Assembly (NCBI GenBank): GCA_951406725.2
Contig: OX597818.1
Location: 43,648,001 to 43,712,000 of the forward strand
DNA: 64,000 bases
Reading direction: 5' to 3'
Source of the DNA: Octopus vulgaris
Taxonomy: Eukaryota
The position numbers and the translations under genes were made by a program. Position 1 is the first letter of the stretch. Each line of letters begins with the position of its first letter. Positions 49,624 through 63,760 of this stretch are shown here, in pieces. A model generated the notes under the pieces. The model did no database searches. It was not told the DNA's origin and saw only the letters and a program-made list of their open reading frames with translations.

Positions 49624-51666
49624 CTGTATAAAAATTAAAAGTAATGCATTTCAAAGGATAAGTTCATATTAAGACTATTTTAAAGGCAAACTATACAATG
49701 TTAGTCAAGCCACTGAGGGAGTTTCTAAACAGTTGTTATCCTAATATCACAAGTAATTTTTTATTAATAATCATCCTTCCTTAGCTAAAACAAGAATCAC
49801 ATCTTGATTCGTAAATTTTAGAACTGCATGCTCAGATGTGATGACAATGACCAGCATTGTTAAACAAATATTAACCAATATGCCAGAAAGATATGAAGGA
49901 CTTACCAGCATTGAAACAGATACTTTTGTGTTTCAGGTGTACTAAAAAATATTGTACTTGATGGCATATAAGACACTTTTTTTAAATAAACATTCCAAAA
50001 AAATTTGCCTTGGGTCCTATATATAAAGGTGGCTCTACATTACATGCTTTAATGCTGTAAACACTTTTTTCTTGTATATGCACTGCTGGAACTGATGTGC
50101 ATCTAAAGTGCTCATGTATCTTTTATGCCATCCTATACAATAAGTATATACCTATATACAGAATAACATAATTCAAAAAATCAAAAGCTAAAATTTTGTT
50201 TCATATATACTAAGTATGCTTTCTTAATTACATACAAGTATAATTTAATAAGTAGTCATACAGTTGTACATGTCATGATGTTAGGAATTCATTATAAATG
50301 CTTCTAATAAAGGGTTTTATTTGACAAAATCTATAAAAGAAACATTCAAATATATTACATTAGGGGAAGCGGATCATTCACATGTATTTCATCAGAACAG
50401 ATATAACATAAAATAACTTCAAAATATTTTAATAACATAATTGTAACAAATGGTATAAAATTTTCTTTCACTCCCTGAAAGTTCTTTATCCAGAGGAATA
50501 TATGAAAAAAGGCACATTATAAAAACTGATTGTAAAAGAATGATGCATTGCTCTAATAGTAGGGTACTCGCTTTATTTGATAAAGTATTGTTGAGATCTT
50601 TAGTTATATATAGATCATTTCCTGCACCAGCTTCACATAGCAGCCCCAGTCCATCCAAAGGACCTTGGATTGCAGGATGGCCCGCTGTGCTTACCTTGGA
50701 TTGTAGGGAGACCTGCTGTGCTTGAGGAGACCTATTGAGTCAGGTACATCAACATCAAAATAAAAATCAAATGGAAATTGTAGTTGTGATACCCATGAGT
50801 GGCACATAAGAAGCACCATCTGAATGTGGCCAGTGCCAGCACCGCCTTGACTAGCTTCCATGCCAGTGGCACGTAAAAAGCACCAACCAATCATAGCCAT
50901 TGCCAGCCTCCCCTGGCACCTGTGCCGGTAGCACATAAAAAGCACCCACTACACTTACGGAGTATTTGGCATTAGGAAGGGCATCCAGCTGTAGAAACAC
51001 TGCCAGATCAGACTGGAGCCTGGTGCAGCCTCCTGGCTTCCCAGACCCCGGTCAAACAGTCCAACCCATGCTAGCATGGAAAACGGATGTTAAACAATGG
51101 TGATGATAATGATGATGATGATGATGAAGGAAAAAAATTCTGTACCTCATCCTTCGTGGTTTAGGACAACATGCGATTAAAATCCTCAAACTTGCTATAA
51201 CAAAGCTTAATAATCTCTGATAATCTTGTCATATGATCCCCACATACAAAATATATCTAAAACTGCATCACAAAACTATAACCTTCTTTTTCAGGAACAG
51301 AAACTACTTCACTGCCACTGCAGTTACCATTGTTGTTATCATCATCATCCTTTTTATGTACACTTTCCATAAGGTTATGGGTTGAATAGTTTGACAAGAT
51401 TCAATGAGTTGTAGAACCATGCCATGTTTCAGTATTTCAGTTTTGGTATGATTTCTACAGCTTGATGCCTTTCCAAATGCCAACTACTTTACAGTAATTT
51501 TGTCATAGGCATAAGAGTGGCTGTGTGGTAAGTGGCTTGCTTACCAGCCACCTTCCGGGTTCAGTCCCACTGCGTGGCACCTTGGGCAAGTGTCTTCAAC
51601 TATAGCCTCAGGCTGACCAAAGCCTTGTGAGTGGATTTGGTAGACGGAAACTGAAAGAAGCCTGTC

Positions 51667-51706
<40 letters not shown>

Positions 51707-53576
51707 TGTGCGTGTGTATATGTCTGTATGTCTGTGTATCTGTGTTTGTCCCCCCAACATTGCTTGACAACCAATGCTGGTGTGTTTATGTCCCCATAAC
51801 TTAGTGATTCAGCAAAAGAGACCGATAGAATAAGTACTAGGTTTACAAAGAATAAGTCCTGGGGTCGATTTGCTCGACTGAAGGCGGTGCTCCAGCATGG
51901 CCACAGTCAAATGACTGAAACAAGTAAAAGAGAGTAAAGAGTATAACACTAATGAGGTTACTTTGTAACTCACAAGACTAAAGAGTCCTCTTGCCTGACA
52001 GAGGTAATAGGAAATAAAATACTTGATTTACATAAGATGTTGAAAGGTTAATGTATGATAGGAAGAGTAGGGAGAGGTTTGTTGTGGGGGAGATTTATGG
52101 TAGCTTCATATTTTACGAGTGGATGGGAGTGATACCACAAAGAGAGGTAAATATGGTGGTGACATACCATCAAGGTAATATATTCAAGAAGATGAGTAGA
52201 AGAGAGCCTTGAGACAGGAGAATCAGGAGCACAGGTTGTGAGAATATAAGGGGAGGGTGAGAGATAGCTATAAACATGGGGGTGGAGGTGGTCAGACGTA
52301 CATAGGTGAATGATGGGAATGGTGAACAGGAATAGTAAATATATGTGTTTCTTTACTACCCACAAGGGGCTAAACACAGAGGGGACAAACAAGGACAGAC
52401 AAACGGATTAAGTCGATTACATCGACCCCAGTGCATAACTGGTACTTAATTTATCAACCCCGAAAGGATGAAAGGCGAAGTTGACCTCGGAGGAATTTGA
52501 ACTCAGAACGTAACGGCAGACGAAATACGGCTATGCATTTCGCCCAGCCTGCTAACATTTCTGCCAGCTAGCCACTCTCAGGAGTAGTAAATATATGGAT
52601 AGAAGGACAATAAGAATGATAGAGATATGTCAACTAGATGTAGCTCAGAGGATAGTATGTGGAGACTGATAGTATACTTAGTAGAATAATACACTAGATA
52701 GGAAAGCGATGAGAGCTGGAGTTAAAGGTTGCAAGTGTTGGAAGAGAACGAGAGACAGATGCAAGTGTGAGGTGAGAGTGACAATGGTAAAAATGAGGGA
52801 TTGATGTCAAAAGGAAGTGGCTCAGGAGAAGGACCCAGTTTTCTCAGTGGCAGGGAAGAAAAGAGAGAGAGAGAAAAAAGAAGCAACAGTTGTAGTCTTG
52901 ACAAGGACACTGGGTGAGGTATCCAGTGTTTTCAAAACTTCAGCAATGTCATGCTAGCATAGTGGGTAGGTCTTGTCAAGCAAGATGTATTGCCAATCAT
53001 CTTGGTCCTTTATCATCTCCTCAGTGATGTTCACCACATTACTCTACATCTTCCTGGGTCTCCTTCTTCTACAGGTTCCATCTACTGTCAACAATTGGCA
53101 CTTCTTTATACAACTATCTTCATCTACATGCATCATCTGCCCAAACCAACATAATTTTTGTCTCTTGCATATTACATCTGATTCCTCTTAGGCCCAGTCT
53201 TTCTTTCAACCCTTTGTCATTCACAAACAATGCCTGACTCAACAAATCTCAAACAAGACTTTGAATGGAATACTGCTTCCACATTTTGGACAGGCTTTCT
53301 GCTGTAAACAAAAACATTTTAGACCAGTGTTTTTCATGGGTGAGGTGGGCTGTAAATATCAGAAAGGGGATTAATAAGGCCATATTTAATAACATTTGGT
53401 GGTTTTTAACTTTTTAAAACTCGTCCAGCATCATGATGAAAAAAGAAGAGTTAAATAGAGGCAAACGCTTTTAGTTTTATCGTACAAAGGTGAAAGTTTG
53501 ACTAATATTCTTATTATTTTAAGGGTGTCTGATATTTGTCAGAACTAGTGGACAGGAGAGTACTGGTAATATAAAT

Positions 53577-53730
53577 CAGTGGTTCTCAATCTAAGTCCAT
53601 ATAAGATTTTGCTGTTAAAATTTATGTGCGATAAATTGGTTTAACTTTTACAATACAAAAATATTTTAATGGCTGAGTAAAATAGGAATTAAAGGGGTTC
53701 AAAGGTAAAAAAAATGGTTGAGAAAAACAC
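53577..53730. mobile_element. Short hAT-like MITE
   Basis: CAGTGGTTCTCAA ... GGTTGAGAAAAACAC ends. Confidence 0.5.
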
Positions 53731-53924
53731 CTATAAAGCATCATGCATGGCATTATCATAACTGAGACGGGATCCAACAATACAACATATATAAAATATA
53801 TTCATAAAGCATAATTATTAACTACCCAAATGCATCGAAGGTTAATAGAAGAGTACCGTTATTAGCAAATGCATGACATTATTGCTTTACTTTTCTGCAA
53901 AATTAGGGGCTTGGTCGCTTTGAC

Positions 53925-54228
53925 GAATCCAGAAATCACAGGGAAAAAAGTCACATGTAATACCATCAAATATATAAACAGTATATTGTCAATAAGTACA
54001 AGTCAGGTATTGCCAGTTAATAACTGATTTAAAATATTTTGTTTTATTACTTTAATAAATTGTGACTGACTTGAATATTTTTGTTTGATAACCAGACTTT
54101 CTTTCCTATACAAAATTGTGATTTTTTCCCCCTGTGACTTTATTACCGTCACCATAAATTAATTTGGGACTTTTTTTCTTAGCCAAAAATTGTGACCTTT
54201 TTGACCAGTGACTTTATTTATCGGTCAC
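53925..54228. mobile_element. MULE-like MITE with 9-bp TSD
   Basis: Flanks CGCTTTGAC (53916-53924) and GGCTTTGAC (54229-54237); repeated AAAGTCAC/GTGACTTT terminal motifs. Confidence 0.6.
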
Positions 54229-57200
54229 GGCTTTGACATCGTCTTCCAGCTCATGAGCTGGAAAGCACCTGAAACACTTTCACTTTCGTACAACACTGAA
54301 AACAAAGTATCGATACAAGACACGTGTAATGATATTGCTTAATAGAGAAAAGGTTGAACAAATTGGAGACAGCATCGATGCGAAATAGCACTGAATTATT
54401 TTAAAAGAATTAGTCAATAAACTTTTCTAGCAAATTAGTAAAAAAATATTGTAAAGTCTATCACCTTGTTTTCTATAAAATTGTAAACAAAAATAAGGTA
54501 AGTTTCTAAAATTTCCAACTCGGAACATGATGGGTAATAAAGTGCTCCAGTTATATAAACAAAAAGCTTACGAACATTTAAGGTCAGAATAAGCTTCCGG
54601 TGAGATCGACACCGGTTTTGGGAGGGAAAGGAATGAATGGATAGAATCTTGGGCTTTTGAAATATTTAATAAAAAATTCTAAAATGCTGAAGAGGGCAAG
54701 CATACATATGTTCGTTATTTCGTAACATAATGAATTTTTTAAGAAAATTGACTGGTGCACTTCGTGTGATTAGTTTTAAAAAAAAATTTTTATTTATTAG
54801 CAATCTGGGGAACACGGTCGTTTTTGATGCTTGGAAGAGACAATTTTTCAAAAATGGAGATTTAAAGCATTCGATTCATTTGCTCAGGCTTGGTTGCGTT
54901 AAAATATATAAAAGCATTCCGATTGTGATAGTCGTATCTTTTTAAGTGTTCTAAACGTGACCCTCTCTCTCTCTTTTTTTTCTTTTCTTTAGCCAAATAT
55001 CCCACGTCGCTTCTGCGACCAACCCATCTTTTATTTTCCGGGTACGGTGGGCTTTTATCTATCCTATTTTTTTAGGACGTAAACATAAGAGCTATTTGGG
55101 TCGGGATGGGAATATTTGGAACGTAGGAATAAAATAGTTTTAAAAGACCGCACGGTCATTTTTGGTACGCATTTTAAAAAGAATTGATTTAGAATGCTTT
55201 AAAAAGATGGAGTGATCACAGTTGGAACGCTTTTATAAAAAGATGAACGTTTAGAAAGTGACATTAAAATATTTTACCCGTGACTTTATTTATCGGCCAC
55301 GGCTTTGACATCTTGTCTTCCAGTTCGTGAGCTGGAAAGCACCTAAAATACTTTCATTTTCGTACGACACTGAAAACAAAGAAGTATCGATACAAGACAC
55401 GTGTAATGATATTGCTTAATAGTGATAGTCACACATTTTCATGCAACCACGTACATGTAGTTATGCATGCACAAGGGAAAAATCAGATACCATTTTGCCA
55501 TTTCGAAATTTTCTTATTTCAGACACTATACTAGGAGTAACCAAATTAAAAACAAACAAACAACACTATTGTTTATCTTGTTTATCAATTATATTTGTAT
55601 ATAACAAAATTATGAATGACATGAATTCCAAAATACCCAAACATCATCATCGTTTAACGTCCATGTTCCATGCTGGCATGGGTTGGAATGTTTGACAAGG
55701 ACCCAATGAGTCCAAGGAATGCATTGCACTCCAGTGCTTAGTTTGGCATGATTCTTATTGTTGGATGCCTTTCCTAATGCCAACCACTTTACAGTGTGTA
55801 GTAGGTATTTTTTTATCATGCTACCATCACAAATAAAGTCACCATACAACTTGCAAGTCTACAAACCCGAGATGTCAGGGCACTGAGTTCCTTTTGTTAG
55901 ATGGAGATTAAAGTATGAAGGAAGAAGTTGAAGTAGAGCAGCTTCTTCTGGAGGAGATACATGGCTTCTCACATTTAGGAGGGAGAGTGAGAATGTTGTT
56001 TGTTCCTTCTCGAGCCATGCCTGGCTCATAAGGGCCAATTTCCTGGTTTCCTTGGCTTATAGGTCCCCACCTGGACGGGACGTCGGTCCGTCGCAGGTGA
56101 GCTGCAACATACAGGAGGAAAGAGTGAGAGAAAGTTGTGGCGAAAGAGTCAGCAGAAGTTTGCCATTACCTTCTGCAGGAGCCGCATGGAGCTTATGTGT
56201 TTCGCTCATAAACACACATCGCCCGGTCTGAGATTCGAACTGGCAATCCCTCGACCGCTAGTCCGCTGCTCTAACCACTAGGCCATGTGGCTCCACAGAG
56301 TGAGAATGAATTCATGTTATCTCCAAAGGGATAGATAGTGGTGATGAAATGGCCATGTGATACCTCTGATAGGAAACGCAGTAACAGGCAAGTGTTTGCG
56401 AAAGTGTATGGGGGGAAGATATAGGGGAAATGGGTGAGAGGGAGGTATGTAGTCAACATCTGTAAAGACTGGGAAGGGACTTTTAGTAATGGAAGGCAAG
56501 GTTTATGATATCGGAGGAATATCATCTCCTTCCATCATTCTTCTTGTTCTTTTTGTAGTTCAGGCTTTTGGCAGGTGAAGAGAAAAGACTTCAAGTACAA
56601 CTGCTATTTACAAATGGCTTATTTACAGGAAAGGTGAAGTGTGCTGTTCTCAGCTACCATCTTAAGCTCCGATAGTGTGGGCACATTGCATGTGGAAATA
56701 GACAGGCAGAAAACCACACCCAGTGCTGCTGTGAAATGGCACCGAAGAAGAGAAATTTGAAGAGGGTTTTCTCTATCATGAGAATTTGCTGTGATCTCAC
56801 ACATGGCAAATGGATGCAGGTGAGGTCTTGCTCCAGTCTCGGAGATGGCAATGGCTGCCGCAAAATCTTATCCAATATGGCACAGGCTGCTTGTGCTGCT
56901 ACAGACTGCAAGGATTTTCTAAAGCCTGACACCATAGCTGTGGCCGAGTGAGACCATAGCTGTGGCCGAGTGAGACCATAGCTGTGGCCTTGCTTGAGAA
57001 GACCCAGCAAGCCAAGTGAGAATGTAGGCGTGGCCTTTCTTGAGAAGACCCAGCAAGCCAAATGAGACCGTAGCTGTGGCCTATACCAGTGTTGCATAGC
57101 CAGCCTATTTAAGAATACCCTTCAATCACTGGGAAATATACTGTGCTTGAGAAGACCTGTTGAGTCAAGTGATATCATTGTTGTGACCAATGCCAGTACC

Positions 57201-58169
57201 GCCTGACTGGTACCCATGCCGGTGGAACATAAAAAGCACCATTCGAGCATGGTTGATGCCAGTACCACCTTTCTGGCTCCCGTGCCGGTGGCATGTAAAA
57301 AGTACCCACTACACTCTCTGAGTAGTTGGCATTAGGAAGGGCATCCAGCTGTAGAAACCTTACCAGATCAGATTGGAGCCTGGTACAGCCTCCTAGCATG
57401 CCAGTCCTCAGTCAAACCATCCAACCCATGCCAGCATGGAAAACGGATGTTGAAAGATGATGATGATTAAATTAAAAATCTGTGATGCACCATTTAGGGA
57501 CCACAGTGATCACCTCTAAGCAGAAGGGCTGCTATGCAACACTTACTGCAAATACACAGAAATTGGCTGAGAAATACCTATTTTTCCAAGAAATGTATCA
57601 GATGTTGATGTTTAAAGTTTTTAGAAAATTGTTTTTTCATTTCTTATCTTTTATCTTTTACTTGTTTTAATCACTGGATTGTGGCCATGCTGGGGTATTG
57701 CCTTGAAGAAGTTACTTGAATAAATCAATCTCAGTACTTATTTATTTTTTAAGTCTAATACTTATTCTACCTATCTCTTGCTAAACTAGCAGGTTACAAA
57801 GATAAACACAAACTGACAATAGTTGTCAAATGGATGTGGGGGGGGGGCACAAACAACTTGTACATGTGCACGCATGCATACACATACACACACACATACA
57901 ACAGGTTCCCGCACAGTTTTTTCACATGGCATTGGTTGACTTTGAGCTATAGTATGAGACACTAGACCCAGTTAAGTGGAACTGAACCACATGGTTGCAA
58001 AGCAAGCTTCTAAACCACACAGAGGATTAGTGATTTGCCAAAATGGTCTTACAAGTTATATGGCAATTTCATGAGTGTCAATGGCCCTGTACACTCTGTA
58101 AAGTGGAACGGCATCCAGGCAAAGTAACAATGCCAAAGATGACATTGGAGCTTGACATGACCCAGCAAG

Positions 58170-58594
58170 TACTGGATTAACTATTAACGAAAATAAGCAC
58201 ATGCTTAGGGCATCGAGGGAAAGAGGGAGGCACCACAGAAATGGTAAATGGTTTACGGCACAAAAGAAATCACTTTAAACTTACTAAAATAATATTCAGG
58301 ATGCCTTTATCTCTACTAAGTATAGATGCAGATGTGTTACGTAAGATTAATTTTGAGGATCTGATCAAAGACTTTGTAATTCAAAAAAATAGGAGGAAAC
58401 TTTTCAAATATAAATAAAGTGGAAGTATACAAAAATAAACATTATTTTCCCGTTTACTGTTTTGTTTTGTTTTGAAAAATAAAATTTTCTTTTATGGTTT
58501 GTTATTGTTTATATTTTGAATTACATAATTTTTGTGGGGGCACCAAAATCTTTTAAGTGCTTAAAAGGCTTCGATGGGTCTTAATCCAGCCCTG
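58170..58594 (+). mobile_element. hAT non-autonomous element with transposase C-terminal remnant
   Basis: DALSLLSIDADVLRKINFEDLIKDFVIQKNRRK; CTGGATTAA / TTAATCCAGCCCTG ends. Confidence 0.65.
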
Positions 58595-61035
58595 CCAGCA
58601 GCGTATTGGCTTCATAAAACTGTCCAACCAATGTCAGCATGGAAAACAGAAGTTAAATGGTGATGATGTTAGTTCATGACCGTTAAAGGTTGAGATCTGT
58701 GGTTAGAAAGAGGATTTTCTAAAGTGTTAGTGATGGATGGTGAATTTATAATAGTTTCATCTCACTAACTCTCAAATTTAAATTCCTCTAGGAGCTGGAC
58801 TGGAAGATTTGTTAGAGTGTTGCATCTTTTAGTTATTGTTCTTTACATTATGAGTTCAAAATGATAAAATATTTATTAATCCTTTAGCATTCAGGTCACT
58901 CAGTAAACTATATCATCATCATTGTTTAACGTCTGCTTTCCATGCTAGCATGGGTTGGATGATTTTGACTGAGGGCTGGCAAACCAGATGGCTGCACCAG
59001 GCTCCAATCTTGATCTGGCAGAGTTTCTACAGCTGGATGCCCTTCCTAACGCCAACCACTCCGGGAGTGTAGTGGGTGCGTTTTACGTGCCACCGGCATG
59101 GGGGCCAGCTAGGCGGTACTGGCAATGACCTCGCTTGAATCTTTTTATACATGCCACCGGCAATGCTTATTTATTCACATTGTTTTGAATTAATCATGCA
59201 TTATCTCATAGCTTTGAAATTTTAGTGATGTAATTGTTTATTTTTGATATGACATTTTAGAGCAAGTGTGAGAGGCCAAATCTGGTCAGTTTGATCATGA
59301 AACAGGTTGAACATTAGGGCCAGATATGGTCAGTTTAAATGCTAAAGGGTTAATTTTGTACTCCTATAAATTATGTCAACTATACCTCTGCTTTAGAGAT
59401 GTGTGGCAGTGTTCTTCTGTAAGAAATTTATACATCTGTAAGAAAGAGAGAGATAGAGACTGAATTCTCAAGCAAGAATTGAAACTTCAGTCTGAATACT
59501 TTTGCATGCTTCTCTCCATTGTTCCCCAGGTTTGCATGCAGAATTTATGTGTACCATCTTTCAAATTTGCTTATGTAGGTGCAACTAAATTCACTTGAGA
59601 GAAACCCATTCATTTCCATTGTTATTGACCTAGTTTTAATTTCAGAACACATATATATATGAGTCACCTATAGTGGAACTGTTTGCTTAGTAACTGTCAG
59701 AAAGGTAACTACTTTCACTCCCTCTCATCCAGTAGTTGTTGCTTGGGTGTTGTACCAATGTTGCTGAAATGAGTTGTTGGTTGGTTGGCAGAAGGCTGCG
59801 TATAATAATTTAACAGCACCAAGCAAACATTTAAATACGATTTATTATCATCACACAAGACATATGAAGTTGGTCATGCATTACAAATATACATTTAGAG
59901 TCAGCATGATGAAAGAAATATAATACAACATGCAAAGTAGCTGGATATCAAAATTTAACACTAGGGCTGGATTAAACACAAGGATATATCATCATCGTTG
60001 TTTAACGTCCGTTTTCCATGCTAGCATGGGTTGGACGGTTCGACCGGGGATCTGGGAAGCCAGGAGGCTGCACCAAGCTCCAGTCTGATCTGGCAGTGTT
60101 TCTACAGGTGGATGCCCTTCCTAAAGCCAACCACTCCGTGAGTGCAGTGGGTGCTTTTTACGTGCCAGTGGAGGCTGGCAATAGCCACGATCGGTTAGTG
60201 GTTTTTACGTGCCATATATCGTTATGGTAATTTTTTTGCCAAATAAATACATGTACTATATACTTGTTCTTCATTTCAGCTTTATCATTTTTCTTATTTT
60301 AGTATCCTTCATCTGAAATTGTTTGCTACACATCCAGTGACCTCTTCAGCAACTCTGCATCCCATGTGTCTCCCCCATCTTATTTAGTCCATTCTATCTT
60401 TCTATGGTGTGTATCTTTATCTGCATGTGTGCGCGCACACACACACAGTGGCTTCCATACAGTCTCTGCCTACCAAATTCACTCAAATGTGTATATATAT
60501 ATATATGTGTGTGTGTGCTATTTCATGTTTTCAGCTACAATCACATATCAGTTAAGCATGCGGTAATTACAACAACTATGAAAGAGTGAATATTTTGTAC
60601 TTTGACCAAGAACACACTGAAGTTTGATGCCCAAAAGGACTCTAGTTATAGGTCTTGTAGGGAAATGTTCTAGGGCCTTCCAGAACCATCTTTCATGTGA
60701 TGTTTGGCTTCTGATTGAACAATAACTTGACTGCACACATGATTAAGCTGTTGCTATAGCATGACTTGAAACCCATATTGTGGCAACATAAGTTTGCATC
60801 CTGCTACAACAGTATCAATACTCTCCTCTATGTTATCCAACACGATATATAATCTGTCACCCATATATAATTGAAATATCGTTAAACTTTGCAATGTGAT
60901 ACCAACAATTCCCTTCTTCACATGTCATATATATATAATGAAGATGAATATATATATATATCAAATAAAATTAAAAAGGATATTGTGGGACACATGTTTC
61001 AAGCTTTATAAATAATCCGTTCTTACATCAGTGTA

Positions 61036-61419
61036 TCTCTCTATATATAAACGGCAGTTTGTCTGTGTGTGTTTCTGTGTGTCTGTTTGCTTGTACCCTC
61101 ACCCTGACCACGGCTTTCAACCGATTCTGATGAAACTTGACACACACATAGCCCAATGTCATAATTCAAAACTAACGCAGCGAAAATTTTGAAAAGTTCC
61201 CCCAGTTCTGAAAAAAATCGATAAATTCGACATGGGGTCGAGAATCAGAAACACAAACCGCAAACTGTCTAGGGGACGCAACTCCACCTTTTTTTACTCT
61301 CAAAAAAAATTTACCATAATTTTTTTCCATTTTTTTGCTATTTTTTGGCTATAACTCTCTAAAAATGCTTTATAGTTATTTCCCTTACAAACCTGAGCAA
61401 CGCCGGGCGATACTGCTAG
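61036..61419 (+). mobile_element. Non-autonomous Helitron
   Basis: A|TC start; 3' hairpin CCTGAGCAACGCCGGG then CTAG|T; same 3' end as 26844-27240. Confidence 0.8.
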
Positions 61420-61591
61420 TAATTGATATAAAAGATGGTTTAAAGTTCTCTTCAGCCACAAACATTGTTATTCCAAAGAGTTACATCATCTCTGCCACTA
61501 TCTGGCATATACAGGTGTTTATACTTATCAAGTATTCACCTTAAGTTTATATATATATATATATACACACACACATATATATACATACACG

Positions 61592-61625
<34 letters not shown>

Positions 61626-62125
61626 AATATATATATAAATATATATGTATATTGCTGTATATTATTATGTATATGTATATATATATGTATAGGAGTATGG
61701 GTATATGCACTCATATGTATGTGTATATTATATATTATGGGTATGTACCCACTCTTGTATGGGTGTACCTCCTCTGATATTCATATTTAATTTAGTTTGT
61801 ACTTCATAATCTCATTTATAAGTGTCTCATTTATAACTACATATTAACCTATCACACATGGCTAATATGAGCATAATGAGACACCCATATCTGCATGGCC
61901 GAAACAGCTGTAAGATCTGGTTTATATTTATATTTGTATTTATTTATATGCACTTATACATACTGTACTTATTGTATCATATTACTCATTCATGTACATT
62001 GTTTTGTTCTATATTATTATATTTGACATTAATGTTCATATGTAGTGGTTTAATAAATTATGTGATTGGGTATTATCTGGTTGTTGATTATTGATTAAGA
62101 TGTATTTCTCCATTTTCTTATTTTG

Positions 62126-62157
<32 letters not shown>

Positions 62158-62912
62158 TTTATTTATCAATTTGTTTTGCAAGATTCCTGATGTAAAATCG
62201 TGTGTTGAAACAGATGTTGTATTTCGGGATGGTCATTTTTTTTTGCCAAATAAACACAAGCACTATATATATTTTTCTTCACTCATTTATTGCTGCTCTC
62301 ATTTTATTATTTCAACTCATGTCCATTGTCCGGAAATCTTTCCTCACACATCTGTGACCCTTTCAGTGACACTTTTCATTTTCATGTGTGTTCTTGCTCC
62401 ACTTACTCCATTCTGTTCTTCTAACATGTGTACCTTTATGTGCACATGCATTTGTGTCCTTGTGTGTGTGTATGCATGTGTGCGCATGCATGCATGCGTG
62501 CGAGTGTGTGTGTGTATGCTTGTGTGCATGTGTCATAGTTTTTAGTAGCAGTGTGGCCTTCCCCTCAACCCATCCTCTCCATTGTGCTGCTGCTATCCTA
62601 AGACCAAAAAATATATATATAGTACAATTCCTATATTCTTCTGTGTTCCCATTCCATGGTGTTTCCATTGTGGCAGATGTTATTGTTGTTATTCTCATTG
62701 TTGACATTGTTATGGCCGTCCATGAAGTTTCATGTGTGTGTGTGTATGGGTTTACTTCTTATATATCCATGCCCTTCATATAGTTTTATTTATTTATTCT
62801 ATCTATCTCTGTCTTACATTTATCACAGGTATATGACAGATATATTTATTTACTTTTTTTTATACCTCTGTCTCTATTTCTCATAAGTATCACAGGTAAA
62901 TACATACATGTC

Positions 62913-63760
62913 TCATCATCATCATCATTCAGCGTCCGCTTTCCATGCTAGCATGGGTTGGACGGGTCAACTGGGGTCTGTGAGGCTGGAAGGCTTCGTC
63001 AGGCCCAGTCAGATCTGGCAGTGTTTCTACGGCTGGATGCCCTTCCTAACGCCAACCACTCCGCGAGTGTAGTGGGTGTTTTTTACGTGCCACCTGCACA
63101 GGTGCCAGACAGAGCTGGCGAACGGCCACGAACGGACGGTGCTTTTACGTGTCACCGGCACGGGGGCCAGCCGAGGCTGGCAACGGACACGAACGGATGG
63201 TGCTTTTACGTGCCACCGACACGGGGCCAGCCAGAGCTGGCAAACGGCCACGAACGGACGGTGCTTTTACGTGTCACCGGCACGGGGCCAGGCGAGGCTG
63301 GCAACGAACACGAACGGATGGTGCTTTTACGTGCCACCGACACGGGGGCCAGGCAGAGCTGGCAAACGGCCCGGCATGGGTGCCAGACGAGACTGACAGC
63401 GGACACGAATGGATGGGTCACTTAACCCCTGCTTTCTGATATATGATTTGATTTTGATTGTTCTCACTGGTCTTGCCGGGTCTTCTCACGCACAGCATAC
63501 TTCCATAGGTCTCGGTCTCTGGTCATTTCCTTGGTGAGACCTAGAGTTCGAAGGTCGTGCTTCACCACCTCGACCCAGGTTTTCCTGGGTCTACCTCTTC
63601 CACAGGTCCCCTCAACTGCCAGGGTGTGGAACTTTTTCACACACCTATCTTCATCCATTCTCGCCACATGACCATACCAGCGCAATCATCTCTCTTGCAC
63701 ACAACATCTGATGCTTCTTAGGTCCAACTTTTCTCTCGAGGTACTTACACTCTGTCGACT
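62913..63760 (-). mobile_element. Young RTE LINE 3' end: ORF2 C-terminus, 3'UTR with 60-bp tandem array, (GAT)n tail
   Basis: ORF 63464..63685 RWYGHVARM...GRGRPRKTW...DRDLWK; CpGs retained. Confidence 0.9.

Noticed and set aside
56736-56951. ORF starting MAPKKR as a possible plus-strand gene
   Set aside because: No recognisable domain, and it runs into RTE 3'UTR tandem repeats.
62123-62886. Several overlapping ORFs of 60-140 aa
   Set aside because: Low-complexity (TG/CA/TA) sequence that lacks stops by composition.
63085-63420. CRISPR-like repeat/spacer appearance
   Set aside because: The linkers are homologous to each other, the array lies in a LINE 3'UTR, the DNA is eukaryotic and there are no cas genes.
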